Source: Balanoglossus misakiensis
Taxonomy: Eukaryota > Animalia > Hemichordata
Reading direction: 5' to 3'
DNA: 64,000 nt
NCBI GenBank assembly: GCA_040954595.2
Contig: CM082588.2
Span: 5,148,156-5,212,155, forward strand
Positions 37,201 through 50,800 of this stretch are shown here, piece by piece. The notes under the pieces were generated by a model that searched no databases, had not been told where the DNA came from, and saw nothing but the letters and a program-made list of their open reading frames with translations. Position 1 is the stretch's first letter; each line of letters opens with the position of its first letter. The position numbers and the translations under genes were made by a program.

Positions 37201-38332
37201 TTCTCAAAATCGTACACTTTTATGTGTAACCTTTCTTGGCGATACTCTTGCAGTAAAATGATCAGCGGTTATGCGGGGAGACAGATACTCTTTTTGAAGT
37301 AAAAATTCCTAAATCCGTCCTGTTAAGAGGAAAAACAAACCAACATTCAGATTCAAAATGTGATGAGCCTTGAATAAAACATACTGAAATCTTTCCATTG
37401 ATATGCTATTCGTAGTTCTTCGGTGTAAATATTCATTTGACCAAGACATTTTTCCATTACAATATCTTGTCACGAACCTCCCAAATTACCTTAACAAATA
37501 AGCTATGGCGGCATTTCCATTTTCCTTTTATGTAACGTAGCGGAGTCTAGTAAAATGATCATCTTATGGGCAAGCCCCCCAAACTTGTATACTGTTCTTA
37601 GGGCAGAAGCACACGCCTTGCACCAAATCTCTGCAGCAAAATAATGCGAGGAAGTTGAAATTGGTACGGCTTTAACTGTCAATCAATGAATATCATTCCA
37701 TGCCCATTCATACATATAATCTAATATTTTTCTTTGTATTTCGCTAACTTCTGAAGACAAGTCCCACTAGCCTCAATGAATGCACATCCCAGTTCAAGTT
37801 TGGACAGAAATTATTGCAAGAGACAGAATATTATTACTGGGACGTAATTAAGTTATTTGGGTATCCCACGGGACTGACTGAAGCAATGTCACGTATTGTC
37901 TGTCTCCATTTGGGTTGGTGACCGCCGCGTTATCTCATTACTTTCAGATATTGTCACGGTAAATGTGAGCCAATTTGGCCCAAATCAGAATCCAATTGAT
38001 CATAGAAATCATATTATTTTATTGTGTAGCCGCCAAAACGCGTTAAAGTTAATGCCAACATAAGGCATTTAAGCATACGTTTAAGGGATATGGCTGCAGT
38101 CTGTATGAATTGATTTTTCATCTATCTTAGAAATTAGAAAAATAAGTTTCAATCTTATTATTATAACAGGCAGTCTCAAGTTTATCATTAAAGTATATCT
38201 ATCTTGAAGATAATTCCTTGTCTGCAAAATGACTTGGTGACGTACAGCCCGCCTTGTAGAAAGTTAGACAAATGACGCCCCATTCAAAATGTTATAATGC
38301 ATGGCTGCCATTCAACAATATGACTTGGCTAA

Positions 38333-38334
<2 letters not shown>

Positions 38335-38365
<31 letters not shown>
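38335..38365. repeat. (AG)n microsatellite
   Basis: Read directly from the sequence. Confidence 0.95.
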
Positions 38366-38982
38366 CATCATCGTTAAAAATTACATACTTCATATCCCGT
38401 CAACAAGCCCGGTTCATGGGCACAACGTGTTAAGCTGTAAATTCTTGCTGTGTACTTAAATTGCATACTTTCATTTAATTGCATCAATAAAGTTGTAATT
38501 GACTTGAGCGGCGTCCAGATGAGGTTGTACATGATGTATTTTCTACTCATAGTTTTAAGTGCGGGGAAGGTTCAAAAATTGTGGGAGGAAGAATAACCTG
38601 TATTGCTGAAACACGGAGAAGCAGATATATATATATATTTTATTCGAGACTCAGTATACGTGTGAGATGAGAAGATATTTCAAAATCAGTTTCCCCGGCT
38701 TCGCCAATACCGTTTCACGGTCTCATGACCGATGCAGCGATAAATCGACCCCCACATTACTCTGAAGCGCATAATTAACGTTATTTTCTACTTGTAATAT
38801 AATTCTCGTGTTGCTAAGTTTACATAATGCAAGCTCCGCGTGTTCCCGTAAACATGATACCATTTATTTCTAAAATATCCTGCGGGCATACCGCTGTTTG
38901 TCATCATTGCATGGTCTCCAAATTGGGTTGATATTCGCTACCATTCTTCGTGTATTTACGTGGTATATCTGCTTTCATGCCC

Positions 38983-39020
<38 letters not shown>
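38983..39020. repeat. (GTCT)n microsatellite
   Basis: Read directly from the sequence. Confidence 0.95.
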
Positions 39021-39021
<1 letters not shown>

Positions 39022-39738
39022 TTTTACTTTCGTGACCCGCCTGTTCATTTCTCATTCGCATGAAAATTGGCCATCCCAAACCACGCACCAACTCACGCGA
39101 AGCTAATCGCTCCATGTCGAATGTGTCGACATCTATGACAGCTCTGTGTACAAACACTCTATTATGCACGTGTGAATTCCTATCACAAAAATGATTGATT
39201 GATTTGGTTCTTCTCACTGATCAGCTGATTTATTACCACTTCCTGTATTGTGACATCTATAATACAACGTCAACATAATCAATCGCTAAATTATGAATAC
39301 AAAACAGGCGCTTTCTCAACCGTTACATATTTTATTTTATATCCATCTGTCTGTTGTGCGTGTGTCTTATAAGTTCTAACAGACATTCATAATGGTATGT
39401 CGTCAATAGTTGAACACTTTCATGGCATTATCTCTACAATCTGTGTTTTCTTTCAACCAGCAACACGCCATATGGAAAATCGTTCCATCTTTTATCATGT
39501 TTATACCGGGCTTTTATATCCAGACGACACTTGTAAACAACGAAATTGTAGCCGCAAAATATAAGCTTATTAGACCCATTATCTATTTAGGGCTGGTATT
39601 CCGACTATTTCTTCTGAGTAGGCCCCATAATTGATCTATTAGAGTTCGACGATCATCGGGTATCACGATTAAAAGTAATTGAGTATAAGCACATCGTTAT
39701 TCCTGTGTTCAAATTTCACGTGTACAAATACGTCCAGG

Positions 39739-40183
39739 TAATATAGCGACCAACAAATAGAATGAAGGCATTATTTTCCATCTTGTAACCGTAGGTATTT
39801 AGCATATCGAGCTTTTGATATGTGGCGTGAATGGGGGAATTCAAATGCTAATATAGCGACCAACCAATAGAATGAAGCCATTACTATTTCCATCGAGTAG
39901 CGGTAGGTATTTAGCATATTTCCATCGAGTAGCGGTAGGTATTTAGCATATTTCCAACGAGTAGCGGTAGGTATTTAGCATATTTCCATCGAGTAGCGGT
40001 AGGTATTTAGCATATTTCCATCGAGTAGCGGTAGGTATTTAGCATATTAAAGCTTTTGGTATGTGAAGTGAGTTGGGGAATTCAAATGCTAATATAGCGA
40101 CCAACCAATAGAATGAAGCCATTACTTTTTTCCATCTGGTATCCATAGGTATTTAGCATATCAAAGCTTTTGATATGTGGCGT
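39739..40183. repeat. Nested tandem repeat: three ~110-bp units, the middle one carrying five tandem 32-bp subunits
   Basis: TAATATAGCGACCAAC.AATAGAATGAAG.CATTA starts at 39739, 39849 and 40090; TTTCCATCGAGTAGCGGTAGGTATTTAGCATA x5 at 39887-40046 with one substitution. Confidence 0.95.
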
Positions 40184-43100
40184 CATTCAGTGAGACCACA
40201 GTCCCTCTCCACACATGCGGCAGAATTGTTTTGCAACATGCTAGTAGTCGTTGTATAAGACTGTATCTACATAGTCTACAGTCAGTCTGATCGTGTGTGG
40301 AATGCCAGACCACACTTGACGTCTTTGGATGTCTTCTGGGCGGGACGATTTTATCAAGTCACGGCCGCCTAAGTGATAGAACCCTTCAAAATAAGTTCAT
40401 ATGTACTGTCTCGCCTGAGGGGACACAGATAGACGGGGTCGAAAATGCAGCGACTCCCAGGCGATGGCACTTCGAAGATAAACTGTCATCGATAGCAGGA
40501 ATGCACAGAATGTCATCTCAGCACCGTCAAATTAAAACTCGCCAAATACATCCCAGCGGGCTCTTGACATTTTGAAATTCACGCGTGTATCGAATTTGTC
40601 AATTAATGCATACTGATACTTTGGGAGATAGATTACTCATTTATTCCCGAAGAGAAATATCTTTTCTGCAGAGGATCACATCTTTTATATTTTTTTGGTT
40701 TTTTATATGCTGATAAGAGTATAAGCGCACAATCAAATATTATCGTTGCAGGGAGTAATGATGTACTGACGGGAAAATAGTTGTTATACATTTGTAATCT
40801 TTGCCAACTTTCCAGTCATCTTCGTCGTACATTCTCTACTGCATTCAGTTATGTGTAAATCGACTCGACAATGTAGTGTGTCACGAAGAAATAAAAAATA
40901 TATTTGGCTCAGGGCGTTTTTTTTTCTCGATATGCAATTAGACCAAAATATTGGTAAGGCCATGCGCCTTATAGTCTGCCATATAACGTAATATAAGACT
41001 ACATTCCTCGAACACATAAAATGAATAGTGTTGACCAATTTAGGCAAAATAAAATTTATTTCTCCAAGCTGCAGATCTAATGACGGTCGTTATTCTAATT
41101 CTGTGCAATATACAGGCAAGTAGTAATTTTTAAGCTGATATTATGGACGATGTTATTATAATATCTATATCATTTTACGTCCATGCCGCGTGTGAGGTTA
41201 GGGAAAACACGCATGTGCCAAATACACTGCATCCAAGGTTACTACATCCAGAATTGTGTCCACTATTAACAGAAGGTGTGAAAACGATCGGAAAGCTACG
41301 AGGGTGACGTCAGTGTATGCTGCAAAATATCGTTCGGTCTCCGATACGAGCAATAAAACGGGGGACAAGGCGGCCTTGTATTGTGCTAAGGGCTGGCAGG
41401 TGTACGAGATACGACTGTTGATCATCAACACGCCGTACACCGGGAAAGCAATTCCCTAATAACTTTTAAATCAGACTTTTACGGCCGCATGTGAAGTCAT
41501 TAGATTCAAACAACACGCGCCGTGAACATTTATTGCAAACTAGATTAGATTTTCCGGTGGCTGGTCTTTTAGCAAAGTGTGGAACCTTTCATTCATGCTT
41601 TGCTCAATTTTGTCGATCTCTACAAATAACCTTCTCATCAGGGACGCCAACGGAGCTCTCTGTCCAGCGCGAGTCATTGCCTTTGAAAGTAATATGCATC
41701 TGCCCAAGATATGTGTTTTAAAATAGTCGCGTAACTAACTCTATATATGCTGTGTTGAAGGTCTGCGTAATGGTTGTACGGTAAAATATGACAAACCGCG
41801 TCCACGGATGTGAAGTATTAGGTAAATGCACTAAAGACCCTGAACACGCAGTGATGTAAACTTGACGTGATAGTCACTTCTGAACGCCGTACGCCAACCA
41901 CAGAAGAAAACTGACAAGTCAGGAAGCTGACCAATTTGCGGGACTGTCGCCAAGTACCACGCGTTTCCAAGGCGAACTCGCCATGGTGACTAGTCTAACG
42001 ACATCGCCAAATGCACATACTAAGTCTCTCCGCCAATGCTGGCAGTTAAGATCAGAACATTCTCCTCTGTCAATAAAACAGTAAAGTATTTCCACTCCTC
42101 ATAACAATAGCCGATAAAACGTCATATAATATCAGATTGCAAGCAAAAGAATAACATTTTGAAATGTTCCCCTCATTAACAATCTTCGGAGATACTCATG
42201 TCAGTCGAATAACATTCTCAGTGACATTACTATAAATATTGATGAATCATTAGGATGTTTTACACGGGCTATGCATATCAAAAGTTTAAAATTGTAGCTC
42301 ATTCGGCTGAGTGGTCGTTGAATATGTCTCTGACGGCGAGCTTTAATCTTGCACTGTGTTCATTGTGATTGTGATAGGACTTCACTCGATGACATGATAG
42401 TTTTGCTTCATTGGGGTCTCGATACAGCTGCCTTTGCGGTGTTATTTGTGAAGGAATAATGGAAGGCGGGGGAATCATGGAATGCGAAAGCGCCCGGGAT
42501 TACTTGACATAATATGATATAAGAATCAGCTCGTTGGCACATCATTCAACGATGTAGACTATATTTATGGTTGTCAATTGCCCGAGAGACAGCTATATAT
42601 ACCGCGTTGCTGTCACTCGCATTCCAGTCGGGCGAGTCCAACCCCAGCAGTGAAGGGAATGGTTGGACTTAAAGTTTTCGGGTGAGAGGGTTTTCAACAA
42701 CACCTGCGGCGAAGACTCACTTGAATCGACCTGGGCAGCGGTGCATACCAACGCGGGTGTAAAAATACCACAGCCTGCGCCATTCGGGAAAAAGCTGTCT
42801 CGTTATGTATGATTGCTTATGATTGCGCCACAGCGAAATCATTTTCAGCCAATCAACGCAGTGTCTCGCGAACTATTACCGGGGTGGCCAGCTTGTACAT
42901 ACATGTACCAGCTCAGGAGTGATAATTGTGTTCAGATGAACACACCACATAGGATCGTTAGAATCTCTTGATCACAAATTTGCATAATAATGCTCAATGG
43001 AGCCCCCTGTAACTGTAAGAAGTCTACGAAGAAGTATTAGTTTCACTTCGTATAATCTGCTTTTGGCACAGTTGACAAATTTGACACGTGTGAATTTCAA

Positions 43101-46100
43101 AATGCCAAGCGCCCACGAGGAATACTGGTAGAGGTTTAACTTCTTAGAAACCAAGAACATTCAGTGAATTCCCCTCAAGCCCTGCACTGCAGCCAGGGTA
43201 TAGGGGCTTGCTCACTATGCACACCTGTTAGTATCAATACTATTGGACATTGGTGGGTTCCTCCACCACAGAGGGCCATATAGACACGGAGATTTTATTA
43301 CCATGTTAATCATTAACTTTATGGGATAAGTATTGACGTTTATTGTTCCTTATTGTCACGTGATATGCACTCGAATTTTGCTGTCCTACTTCAGGGCGGT
43401 ATTGAATGCCTAGGTATACACAGTCATTGAATAGAGATTCCAGTCCGACCCACTTTATTAGACACTTTTGCAGGTTTGCTTCATAACCCGTTATAAGAAT
43501 CGCACACGTTGGACAAAAAATTGAAAACGCTTAATACGAAAAGACTTCCTGTCTTGCTATTGCATTATTAAGCCATTCCATGCTATTTGTATACACACTC
43601 TGTAGCCGTACCACTGCGGAACTTCATTATATTCCATCATTAGCGATGCCATTAGCACGTTCGTTTCATCGGTGCTTTTATTTCCGCTTCAGTGGCGCTG
43701 ATATTGCCTAATGACTTCCCGATCGCCTCGACACGCCGCGAGGACAGATAACGAACGCACGCTGCATGTTTGCTTCGTTCTCCTGCATCGGAGTTATGGA
43801 CGTGAGTGGACGGCGCAGGCGATGGCCATCACTCATCATGCAGAACCTCACGTTCACTTTCAATGTAACACCACGCCCGTCTGATTCCCACTAGACAAAC
43901 AAAAAAACTCTGATTAAGTGGAGAGACATTTTATTGGGTTTGGTGGTGCCACCGATTCAGTGGACCTGACGTGCGTGTAGCAAATACTAAAATATGATGT
44001 CATTGGTGAGGGCAGGGTGTATGTACCAGTCTATATTTAGCTTGTATGTATGAATATGTATGTATGGTTATTGAACGCAATTTGATGTCATATTCTCCGG
44101 TAATATCAGTTTTATCAGAGTCTGACTACTGAGGGGAGAAATCGGAACTACCCTGTAACGGCACAAAGTATCTGTGATGGACACGAGCCATTTCAAACAG
44201 TTAAGTGATCTATTTTAGGAATATGGACGCAATGGTAATCGCGTCATCGGCCAACCAATTCATTCTCTCAAACATACATTGGCGCTGGCCGCCTATGTTT
44301 AGCAGACTATATCACATTTCTGCTGCCTAATTTCCGTGCAACTGTCGAAAATTCTCGCTTAAGTGCCCACACCCATCCCAAATCGGACACTTCTCACCTC
44401 CGCTAAAAGCAAACTGCTGTAGCGCCAACCGGATCTTACATATGGGTTACGCTGTTGAAAGGATATGCGGCGTTTCTGCCTTGGCGAGCGTGAAAGAACT
44501 GGCCCACTTGCCGCATTTAAGGTGATGCGGTGATTGTTTTAAAAATAGTGCCAAGGACACTGCGTTCCCACTTGATCAGAGTATACTGTTTTCCCGAACT
44601 CCACGAGACCATGCGAGATCTCGCGTGGCTAGTCAGTTTATACGGGAGGAGATTCTCATGTGACACATTACATGTGGACGTGATAAACGGCACAAAAGTT
44701 GCGTTTTTAAATCTCTGCATCTATTCTAGTTACGCACAAAACTTGACTTGTATTACTTGGTCAGCAACCAGTTGCTACGGCAATTAACCATGTCTCGCGA
44801 GATCTCGCAACGAGCTTTTATTTATTCCTTTGATTAGACTGAAAAATCCAACAAACATACACTATTAGTCTTCGCATAATCGGCTTGTATATAGAACACT
44901 AATACATTATTCTGTACAGAAATTACTTATATATAAGTACTGAATTGACGCTCTACTTTGCTCTTTCAAAGACATGAATGCGTCTCCTAAGGCAATATTA
45001 TTCCTGAACACAAAACGATGAAAATAGACCGAGAGAGGTGATTGATGAGCGCATATTTCCCTCAATTGCCGATACCCACTTTTTATCTCGACAGCGAAAT
45101 GAAACAAAAATCGTAACCCTTGGGGAGACGTGTTTCGGCGTAATAGATGCAGATTTATGAGAATAACGAGGGTTTAGGACTCCGACTATCGCCGATAAAT
45201 GTGTTCATAATTTCACTTTTATGTGATATTACACTCACGTGCACAAAAGGCACCATTGTGTGATCGCTTGCAGTTGTTTTGTTTAAAACTCGGATCATGT
45301 TTTTTATCACGACACAAGAGTCCAGGGGATACCTTCAGTCGATAATTTCGATTCATACAACGGGATTAGTTTTGAGAAGTACACTTGCCGTCAGCGTGAT
45401 AACATTCCCTGTGGAGGATGAGGAATTTAAGGGGATTTAATTTCATACTAGGGGATAATCTGCTGTAGTTTTGTGTAAATCTTGTGAGATCAATGAAAAT
45501 ATATTAATTCGCTACCCCAGGATTCAGTGCGTCCTGGGGGTTTACGTATTGAGCCCATGTCTGCTGAAAAGCAGCAAGCGATAGTGATTTTTTTCAATCC
45601 GATCCAAGATGGCCGACCACTTTCTTTACATTTGTCACATGCACGTGATCATCAGACTGGTATGCCGTTTTGTCTATTTACTTTTTGTTTGTTCTAGGCC
45701 ATCGATCACATATGCTTCAGGCAATCTACTTCAAAAGTAGTGCAAGGACGCAGCGCTTTATGATTGTCAAATTTGCAATAACCGACACTTATTACTCGAG
45801 GGACCATGCCATCAGCGACAACATTGTTTCATTAATGTCGTCTTTATATACATCCAGCTACGCATTTATATTTTCTTCAGGAAAGGTTATAAAGTCAGCA
45901 ACCTTCGTTTGCATAGCGACCCGTCGAGTCGACAGTAAACCTGTCGATATCAAAGCCATTATTTTTACTTTTTTCATTACAAAGAGTACGTGTATTCGAA
46001 ATTTCCTCTGAGATAAATTGAGAGAAGAGCGGGTAATGCAAGTTTCGGGTCTTCTTTTACAAAGCGTGTCTTGCCGTTAACGTTATGTATGGAAGTCCAC

Positions 46101-47722
46101 CCACGTGAAATTGTCGCCATTACTCTGAAACCGCGCGTAATTTTGTCCAGTCAACACTAAATTACCACCAATCATCTTCAATCCCAACGGTTATTGCGCG
46201 GATTTACACGGAATTTCGATTACAAACCTCAGTGTTGTTCGGTAATTGACACAATTTAAGGTTTAATCACCGAGAATCTGCGGACTAAATGAAATTTGTA
46301 CTCCGGGCTCCTTCAACTTGAACTCAAGGACGCTGATTGGAAGTTGAGTAATCACACACGGACTGGTTTAATCCGGTCTAAACACATTAGTGACCACAAT
46401 AAAATTTACTCCGTTGGTTGTTATTTTGGACGTATTGGCTTGCACGTTAAGTATTATGGAACTTTCAGTAATAATGAGGGGTGGGTGGGAAGGAGGAATC
46501 GGGGGTGGGGGTGGGGGGGGGGTGGGGTCACATTTTCCAATATCAGAGCTGAGTCATATTTTAGCATTGAACATTTGACAACGCGATGTCAAATTCCAAA
46601 TTATTTTGACCTGTCCAGGGAGATGGTCAGCGTTGCAAAGCACGATATTGTGAAAACTTCGAACATCTGTTTCTATACGTTGACACCACTGCTGCAATCA
46701 CATATTTTCCTAAGAGGACAACATTGCTTTGATCTTATGGTCTCGTTGAACACACTTAAAATTTCACATTTGACCCGCACAGCGCAATCTAGACATGCGA
46801 GGGAAACTCAATAAGTGTCGTATGCACCGTTATATATGCTCATAGCAATGATATATAGGCGCGATAAAATTCCACCATGTCAGCTCTCTCAACTCCCAGA
46901 CAAATGCACGAGCCCAAATGGATCTGTTATTTACAGAGAATACACAACATGCCAAGGATTATTGTGAAAAATGAATTTTCACAACTGAAGTTTGGAAGAG
47001 TGTTGTACACATGTTTTCAATATGGCGTGATAAGACCAGCACGCCGAAAATAAAGCTGAAACAACTGATATTTGAGAAAGTCTCGTGGGTTTTCGATAAG
47101 CTACTCCCGTTCATTGAGTGGTTGACTGAAATACGTCACTCCACACCGAGTGGGTGTGAACATTAAGTGCGAACGCGTCCCCTTCATTCTTGTTGCTTTG
47201 GTAATGTGCGCCTTGAAAATCAGTCTTGAATTCTCACAACATGCTCTAAAAACTCAAAATTATTCTCTCATAATATTTAGAATTAGCAATGAATAATACG
47301 TTGCCATTATTCTGAAAATCAGTCCCCAAGGGACGTACGACCTTAATGTACAATGTTGACGCTAAAATGACTAAAACAAGGTTACAAGCGTGCATCGCCT
47401 TATTCAATTTTGAAAACAAATTCAGACCATGTGTGTTTGCGTACTCTCCACGACATGTCTGGTTTGATCTGTATAACGTTTCATTCAGGATGTATGTATG
47501 ATTAGTAAATACATTTGTAAGCTTGCTGTGGGTGGACATATGGTGGACAGATGAACGTCGCCATGTATCTTATGGTCTTCGTTCAAATGAAAATATCAGC
47601 TTAATCCCTTTGAATAAGGAAATCTTTATGTAATCTATGAGGTTAAAAAACATATTCTATCCACGAAAGCTATTTTTGGAATTTAAATAATCGATTAGAT
47701 ATTGATTGACCGGTTGTTGCCT

Positions 47723-47832
47723 TGATTGAGTGATTGATTGAATGAATGAATGAGTGAGTGAGTGAGTGAGTGAGTGACGTTGTTGATCCTGTTTAGTGAA
47801 CGAACGAACGAATGAATGAATAAATAAATGAA
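47723..47832. repeat. Compound tetranucleotide microsatellite (TGAT/TGAA/TGAG/CGAA)n
   Basis: Read directly from the sequence. Confidence 0.9.
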
Positions 47833-50800
47833 ATTCGTATTATCAACCTTCAAACCCCTGCAACGAATTTCGAAATTAGCACTTCAAAACTACAAAGTTA
47901 TATACGTGTGCGTCATCACACTCTTTACTTTAATTTCCAAGCCGATATAATCTGTCCAGTTTATTGTTTGAAAGTGTATTTATTGGACAGCAGAATCTTT
48001 TCATAGATGGCAGCAATTTCAAAAAATGGGATCGGTGTACCTTTGAAGTGATACTCAACAAATGAATGCCATCGTTTCTTTTCATAGAAATGATTTAAAA
48101 TGAGCAACAGTTAAATAACTGATTACATTTGTAATATCACGAGTATGAATATTATCAGCGGTATGGATATAAAGTGAAATATGCTGCGCTTGCTTTATTG
48201 TCAGACTGAATTGTAATACGCATACATATAGTTTTTTTAATCTGAATCCCCAGAGCAAAGAAATTTGATTGAGGCGTTTTAGGTGTAGCTGCTATTTATG
48301 TGTATTCATTTTCAATGTAGGTCATACAATATGGCGTCTAAAAGTCACGCCATTTACGTACCGCCGAGACGCGCGGAAATTTTGACATTAACGAAACGTC
48401 ACAACGAATGATGCTTGTCTTTTTGCGATTGCTGACTTGCCGGACGCTGTTAGCGTGAGTGATAATTTTCTTAAAATTGTTTCTGTGATAATTTGTTCTC
48501 TTTGCAGTAATATTTAATGAATACCCCATCTCTGCCTCAAGAGTCAGAGATAGGAAGAAGCACCGTCCGCATTTGGGAGCGACAGATCGAAGTTTCGGAT
48601 AAGCGTGTTATCGTATCGAGGATGATTACGTCAGATATGTCAGATAGCCAGGGGAATCGGACAGATGTGTATGGGATATTTCAATTAAATGTGAAATAAA
48701 TGGATGGGATGGATGGAGAACGCTTCCACCATTTGGGGCTGTTTCCATTTAGATTCAGATTACGAAAGTGGATCTAGGAAGTATGCACATTGCCAGCGGC
48801 TGTGTAAACTGAGCGATAAAAGGTGATAAGGACTTCTTAGAGATGAAATGTCACCCCAGCAAAAATATCCCGTGACTTTTAAATTGCTGCAGGCGTTCCT
48901 TGCATTACGCGGATTTCTAAACCGTGTTAATGCGCATCGCAATTAGGAAGGTATGCGTGGTCTGTGTCGGTAATCACATGCCCAGGACCGCCTTTGGCTT
49001 TGACGTCATCAACATGAACATGCTTACTCATTATTTTCAAGTGTACGTACGAAGGTCATAGACAAGCGCCCAGGGCTATATCAGTAGCCACTGAGAAGTC
49101 AAGACTTTCTCATGCACGCGCTTATCTCGCTAATAGATATGGGTCGAATATAACTCATCTTGTCCGTCAGATTAGACGAACAATGTTGCTATCCTTTTTA
49201 TGTTCGGTTATTCTGTTTGGAGTAGGAACTTGTTTTCTATAATTTATTCACAAAACCTGTGTTATTGGACCCCGCGTCCTCATTTGCATAGTTATTGTAT
49301 TCTGGTACCGAGAATTATTGTATGATGGAACTACTAACAGCAGTGGGTGTATAATAATCAAAGCATACCTAGATGTTTTAGTTCACATCGACCGTTCTCT
49401 CAGACGGTATACATCTTTAATGTACAGTGGGTATGTTTTCGCTAGTAAGCAGGCGATTACGTTCTCGTCTCTCCGACATCACGTGACTCTTTTGCAGCTT
49501 TGTAATATACAATATGGTTGATACCAAGAATCAACCAGGCCCGAGTTTCATGATACAGACGGTGCGTGACATTTCAAACATACTTTGGCGATTAAAAAAG
49601 AACTAAAAGACGTTTTTCTATAAGCACCAAAATGAGGAGAACTCTTACAATAGCCATCAAGGTATAGTAGATTTCTCCTTTTGATGGAAACGAAAAACCG
49701 CACATTGAACTGTATTTATTCTGGGTAATATATTTTCATTTCACGAACGGTGAAAAAACTCGTTAATTTTAATTTGTTTATCTCCAGCAACACTGAGCAT
49801 AAAACACCATATGGCACTGGTTGATGTATCTGATAAGTAGAATACTGAAGCCATTATCTCCATCAATAATGTTATATCAAAATAGGGCTTCATTGTAAAT
49901 TGTTTAGATTTTAGAATTGATCGTCTGAACCTGCGATTTTGCCGTAACATCATTATTCATCGTATTCTCTAACGATTAATGGACATCGTTTGAACGCCAT
50001 AATCGTTTTTCTCGAATCATTATTTACATAATATGGCGTTATTCGAGACAAATTTCATGCTTCGTTTGATGAATCGAAAGCCCTTACGTCATTGGCTCAA
50101 TGACCGGGACGACTCCAAATAAACAGAAAGTCACGCGAGTGCACAGCGGGGCCACGACATGCAAATAGCTATCTACAGTGGTGATAGTGTCTGTTATGTT
50201 ATGAAGTTTTTTGAACAGGGGATATATTGTCAGGGCGAGAGTAGAGGGCGCTTTATTACATCTTTGAACAACACGCTTGAAGTCAAAATTGCGAATTTAT
50301 GAGTAAGGATGACGAGAGATTATGCCCTGACTGCGCCCTCTGTCGCAGTAGTGTGAACAGTTGAGTTTGAAACTCGACCATGACACGTCATCCTGTCTCA
50401 GATTGTCTGCCCGTCAGTCTGTTATGAGTTCTCGCGCTCCCTCTTTCATACATGTGCGTGTGCCCCTCCCTCGAGTTTGCCAAACTTTGACTGAGTATTA
50501 ATTGACCGTGTGTTAATGTGGGAGGCAATTTTGAGCATTTGGGCATCCACACTCAAGTGCGGTTCAGCGGAGAAGTCTAGCGAGAGCTGATTTGATCAAG
50601 ATCTCTTTGAGTGCCCGCCCGACAACTTCCATCAACAAATTACGCGGCGTATCGTTGCCTTGGAAATTTCCCAAGAGCACTCCACTGCAATGGATTCCAT
50701 ATTATTCTTATTTTTCTCCAGAGTGACGTGTCTACTTAAATCACAAAACATTTTAAGACCCGCGTTGAATTGTAATCCGATGATACTGTGTTTTAGCGTA

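Noticed and set aside
39887-40046. Five 32-bp direct repeats of CRISPR-repeat length
   Set aside because: Units are head-to-tail with no unique spacers, there are no cas genes and the context is eukaryotic; it is a minisatellite.
46296-46814. Longest ORF in the track (172 aa)
   Set aside because: Non-ATG start, runs through a G-rich simple tract, no domain and no coding-like composition.
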